Part shown: positions 61,483-64,000 of the stretch, in pieces | Layout of the letters: each line of letters starts with the position of its first letter | How positions within the stretch are numbered: position 1 is the first letter of the stretch | DNA from: Chiloscyllium plagiosum | Taxonomy: Eukaryota | DNA: 64,000 bases | Reading direction: 5' to 3' | Assembly (NCBI RefSeq): GCF_004010195.1 | Contig: NC_057719.1 | Location: forward strand, 14,727,849 to 14,791,848 | Translations under genes and position numbers: made by a program | The notes under the pieces: model-generated | What the model was told of the DNA's origin: nothing | What the model saw: the letters and a program-made list of their open reading frames with translations, nothing else | Database searches by the model: none

Positions 61483-61977
61483 AAATGGGATAGTAAAGTG
61501 AGTATTATCTTGTATATAAACAGTTATGAAGAAATACTTGCTGCAGGTGCTGAGCTTTGAAATGGGACAACGGTTCCATTCCTCAGCAGTGAGGTATCTT
61601 CAATTGATGTGCACAGAATTTACATTACCCTGTCTATAACAGATGCCATAGGTCCTTGCAACTTTGCTCAGAGGAATATATTTGGGAATATATGCATTCC
61701 ATTTGAACAGTGGAGAAAGGGGCAGAGTCTCTGAATGAAATAATGAAAAATTAACCAGGGTCAGGATCTTTGTGAACAATCCATTATTGGTGGATTCTCT
61801 TGTCCCAACCTCTGGAATTTCCTTTCCTGATTCATCCACATCCTTATTCCTCTTTCTGTCATCAAGAACCTCTCTAAATCCTAACGTTGTGCCCAAGATT
61901 ATTTTGTTATCTGTCCTGATATCCCCTTATGTGACCCAGTGTTACTCAGATTTTCTTTTGAGATGCGCTGGTACATT

Positions 61978-62285
61978 GGGGTGGCACGGTGGCTCAGTGG
62001 TGAACACTGCTGCTTCACAGCACCAGGGTCCCAGGTTCGATTCCAGCCTTGGGTGACTGTCTGTGTGGAGTTTGCACATTCTCTGCGTGGGTTTCCTCCA
62101 GGTGCTCTGGTTTCATCCACACTCCGAAGATGTACAGGTGAATTGGTCATGCTAATTTGTCCCAGGAATGTGTAGGTATGAGTCTAGGGTAAATGTTGAG
62201 CAGTAGGGGAATGTATCTGGGTAAGTTACTCTTTGGAGGATTGGTGTGGACTTATTGGGGTGAAGGGCCTGTTTCCACACTGCAG
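61978..62285 (+). mobile_element. HE1-type V-SINE
   Basis: Head, V-domain and tail present. Confidence 0.88.
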
Positions 62286-62543
62286 TGTCTCTATATCATT
62301 AGAGGTGCTATGTATTTGCAAAAATGAACTGAGCAGGGGAGTTGGATCGATGCTAGTGACAGTTGAGAAACTTTGGAGAATTGATATTCTTGTTCTTCTG
62401 AGATTCAAATGGTCATTTCATGATTTGTTTTTATTTATGGGTATATTAACTATGAAGCCTGAAGTACCTAGACATCCACCAGAATTCTTGAATTGAATAC
62501 AAAGATTCAAAGTGTAACCATTTGTTTTATGTCTCCAAGCAGT

Positions 62544-63172
62544 TGTTATGGACTAGATCAAACCCACTCAAAATATATTAAGAAGATTGCCCTAATGCCA
62601 AATTTTCCTTATTTTTAAAGGCAAGTGTAAAGCATTGTAGGTCCAGACACAATTTGATTAGTCAAATAGCAGATTTGAAGCAAAACACACTTTATTCTTA
62701 CACTACAGTTAAAATACAAACAAAAGAAAGAAGAATTTGTACAACAACTTTTGAAAAGCTTAACAGAAAAATAGATGATTTAACTACTAAACAGCTACCA
62801 TTCCAATGTTGTAACATCCCATAAAAACACCCTTGGTAAAGGCAAATTCAGATAAATAAATTGTCTCACATTTCGATTGTCTAGTCTTGGAGAAAAAAAC
62901 ATCAACAGAAAGCTCTGAGACATAAAGAGAGAGAGAGAGAGAACTCAAGCATTTTGCTGTAGTAGGGAGAGATATTTAGCAGCTTCCAAATCACAACAGC
63001 TACTGAAAGCTAGACTGAAATCCTAGCTCTGTGGGAGCTTGACCCTACCCCTTCATGCTGCTTCTACAAGCTGTTTACTTTATTGGCTTGGAACAGACTA
63101 CTCGTCACCTCTGTCTAACCTCCCTTTATAAAAACAAAATAAAATAGACCTCTTAAAGCCATGGTATCGTTA
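62544..63172 (-). mobile_element. Probable solo LTR (Gypsy-like)
   Basis: Minus strand ends ...gtccataACA; AATAAA (tttatt at about 62691) about 145 bp before that end; (TC)n interior; the TG start is degenerate and no TSD was confirmed. Confidence 0.5.
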
Positions 63173-63547
63173 GTAATTCCTTAAAAGAAACTTTTAAAAC
63201 TGGAATTTCCTCTTTAGGCCTTTGTATACTTGTTTCCTTAATGATTGCATTTGTCAGCTGGGCCTACAGTTAATGTTATGAAGCCTATGTAACTTAATAT
63301 TTTCACACCATAGACTCAGAAGATTGTACCTTACGTCTTTTGGCTAACTGGGAATTGCATTGTGTTTTTTGGAAGGATTCTCACTGTGAGGCACAGCAAA
63401 ACTTTTGGCAGCTACTTATAAAATTCGCTTCATTGACTACCTGCCCTATCCATATAGCATCTCTCAAATCCAAGTCAAGCCCAATTCTATAACCGTTCCC
63501 AGAACAATTCACCATTCAGTACATATCTGCTGGAAGACTGACATCAT

Positions 63548-63727
63548 CAGAGGCTCAGGGGTGACCTTATAGAGGTTTACAAAATTATGAGGGGTATGGA
63601 TAGGATAAATAGACAAAATCTTTTCCCTGGGGCGGCAGAGTCCGGAACTAGAGGGCATAGGTTTAGGGTGAGAGGGGAAAGATATAAAAGGGACCTTCCA
63701 TGCTGTACATCTCTATGACTCTATGAC
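63548..63727 (+). mobile_element. CR1 3' fragment with internal deletion
   Basis: ggggtgaccttatagagg...ctctatgactctatgac. Confidence 0.88.
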
Positions 63728-64000
63728 TTGTACTTGTGCCAGGTTTGAAAGTCCACTGTGCACCCAGCCAAGTGTTGCAAATCCAGTATTGCCCCTCACC
63801 AGGAATGTAAAGGCACAGCAGCCTCAAAGCCAACCTTCTCACTGGACAAAACAGGCATGGCTAACACTCCCTCACAAATAAACCACACACCCCAACCTAC
63901 CCTTGTTCTCTTATCTGATCACCCTTGAAAAAAAAATCACAAACATAACTCTGGTGCAGCCGCACTTGGAGTATTGCATATAGTTCTGGTCACTGCACTA

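Noticed and set aside
61600..61896. 98-aa minus-strand ORF in unique DNA
   Set aside because: No recognisable motif; length is compatible with chance
1..64000. CRISPR array, prokaryotic operon or endogenous virus
   Set aside because: No repeat-spacer array, no gene-dense region and no viral motifs; all recognisable peptides are transposon-derived

Overview
Vertebrate, repeat-dominated DNA that is very likely elasmobranch (shark). This is inferred from many HE1-type V-SINEs, their partner CR1/HER1-like LINEs and a DeuSINE. I found no host protein-coding exon that I can support, so the window looks intronic or intergenic. There are two assembly gaps (24812-25670, 59451-60439). Contents: (1) CR1 LINEs, including a near-full-length copy at 47464-51891 with a zinc-finger/SGNH-esterase ORF1 and an EN-RT ORF2; (2) a 2.44-kb hAT (Charlie/Buster-type) transposon with an 8-bp TSD nested in a CR1; (3) at least three Penelope-like element (PLE) families; (4) Rex1/Babar, RTE and L2 fragments and a probable solo LTR; (5) a decayed PIF/Harbinger Myb/SANT gene missed by the ORF track. 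The most notable signal is that the PLE termini carry minimal hammerhead ribozyme cores (CUGAUGA-stemII-GAAAC-GUC). Several sit in tiny (about 90-330 bp) non-coding, head-to-head palindromic insertions with 10-15 bp TSDs and a fixed 33-38 nt one-sided tail. One of these appears to have captured an inverted copy of about 107 bp of adjacent host DNA. Family names come from motif recognition only; no database searches were run.
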